DNA of 63,236 nucleotides, the filler included, from Octopus bimaculoides (lineage: Eukaryota), in assembly GCF_001194135.2 (NCBI RefSeq). It is 3 parts of 3 records of this genome, joined end to end, with 100 filler letters (N's around TTAATTAATTAA, not from the genome) between each part and the next. Parts side by side here need not be neighbours in the genome. Positions count along the whole stretch, not along the records: positions 58,352 to 63,236 come from NW_026415558.1; 2 more parts are not named here. One strand, given 5' to 3'. Under the pieces are notes generated by a model. That model searched no databases. It was not told where the DNA came from and worked only from the letters and a program-made list of their open reading frames with translations. The translations under genes and the position numbers were made by a program. This document shows, piece by piece, positions 61,420 to 63,236 of the stretch (within the stretch, counting starts at the first letter, position 1; every line of letters starts with the position of its first letter).

Positions 61420-61765
61420 CCTTTTATCCTTTTGCTTATTTCAGGCATTTGACGGCGGCCATGCTAAGGCACCACACGTCGTCGAACAAATCGACCCCAG
61501 GACTTATTCTTTGTAAGTCTAGTACTTATTTTATCGGCCTGTTGTGCCGAAACGCTAGGTTACAGGGACGTAACCACAGTAACACCGGTTGTCAAACAAT
61601 GGTGGGGGGACAGACACAGATACACAGGCACAAATACACTAACAAGGCTTTGGTCGGCTCGAGGCTATAGTAGAAGACACTTGAGCAAGGTGCCACGCCG
61701 TAGGACTTAACCCGGAACCATGTAGTTGGAAAGCAATCTTCTTACGACACAGCCATACCTGCGCC
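61420..61765 (-). mobile_element. SINE family B copy with a deletion across the internal microsatellite
   Basis: Tail TTTATCCTTTTGCTTATTTCAGGCATTTGACGGCGG through head ...CAGCCATACCTGCGCC. Confidence 0.85.
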
Positions 61766-61769
61766 TATG

Positions 61770-61834
<65 letters not shown>

Positions 61835-63236
61835 AATGAATATGTATATGATGTATCCAATTATGCACCCACTCACGCAGACATTTCCATACACTAAAAT
61901 GATTTCAAATTTGCCTCTACACCATAGCCACCTGTTCTAGCGTTAACACCAACACATAGATGAAGGTATTATTAATTTGGGAATATATTATGGGGCAGTT
62001 TGTATATGCGACATTCGGAACTAAAAGGAGATATGTAAGTGTAAAAAGTAAGGGTAAGTGATTGAACAGAAAAGTTACACTTTGCAATGTATTACTTAAA
62101 ACAAAGATTTAAATCTGCTAATTTGCGTGAGAAACTATTCTAAAAAAAAGTGTATTTGTGTTTGTGTGGTGAATGAATGGGTGTTATGTATATACCACAT
62201 ATTATATATATGAATGTGTATATTATATATGTGTGTGTATGTATGCGTATAAATTTATATATATTTATATAAGTTTATATATGTATATATGTGTGTGTGG
62301 GAGAAAACGAGGGAGAGCGTGTGTATGAATAAGCATATATACACACACACTTAGTCACTTATACACATAGACACACACACACGCACACACAAACAAACAC
62401 AAGTATGCATAACAAATAAACACAATTGTCTCTCTCTATATTTAAAAATTCCTAGGCGCTGAATGGTAAACAATATTTGTATTTAATTAGCGTTTTTGTA
62501 AAGACATCCACCAGCCAGTAATCATATGAAATAGTACATAAATGCATATATATTTCGATACAAAAATGGATAAAGAGACATTACCTACTCTCAAGATCAT
62601 AAATGTTACAGTAAGATTAACAGACTAAATTCCTTCCCTTAACATATTCTACGCCATTACTATAATTCCAAACTATTAACATTAACCGATATAGCGTTTC
62701 TATAGCAAAGTTGACACCTATGTATAATCAAGTAAGGTCCGTATGTAAGCAAATACCAAAAGTAAATATTCCATTTCAAATAAAGCATCTATTATAACGG
62801 TAAACTTGATCGCACTTTCAGTGAAATATTTTAGTATATTTTAGAAATATTTTAGAATTTGGAAAATTATATTAGATTATCTATTCAAACTCTAGTAAAT
62901 TTCTAATTGCCAAACCATTATTACAACTCGATAGAAACACGTCTATTAAATTTTTGAATATTTCTAACAAAATTAAATTTCGATGCCATTCTACGACATT
63001 CGTAATTGATAAGATTTCATTCAGTGTCTAGTTGGAAATTCATCAGTGACCACCACACAAAGGTGCGACAAAACATTTCAATATATATATATATACATAC
63101 ATACATACATACATACATACACAAACACATATATATATGTATATACATATATATATATAAATATGTATATGTATAGGCATATATACTTAGATATACACAC
63201 ACACACACATATATATATACATTTGTATATATATAT

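Overview
AT-rich (animal, intron/intergenic-type) DNA whose repeat content looks like an octopus genome (species is inference). There are no intact long ORFs. Nearly all ORF-track entries are microsatellite artefacts or decayed transposon frames. Two 100-bp N44-TTAATTAATTAA-N44 linkers split the window into three joined pieces: 1-31586, 31687-58251 and 58352-63236. Mobile content: about 30 tRNA-derived SINE copies from two families; RTE, RLE (R4/NeSL-type), CR1/L2 and Penelope-like (PLE) retroelement remnants; an ORF1-only L1/Tx1-like element; and mariner/Tc1, Tigger, hAT and Kolobok-type DNA transposon derivatives. The main unexplained signal is a high density of type I hammerhead ribozyme motifs (about 9-10, from at least 4-5 unrelated families). 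They include a fully canonical hammerhead at 35767-35856, a 332-nt hammerhead-to-hammerhead tandem unit resembling a non-LTR retrozyme (29236-29616), a 198-bp hammerhead mini-element with a 5-bp TSD, and a hammerhead-bearing fold-back in (TA)n. Also seen: repeated compact H-type pseudoknots in RTE 3' UTRs, a CpG-decayed middle contig, and weak candidate host exons.
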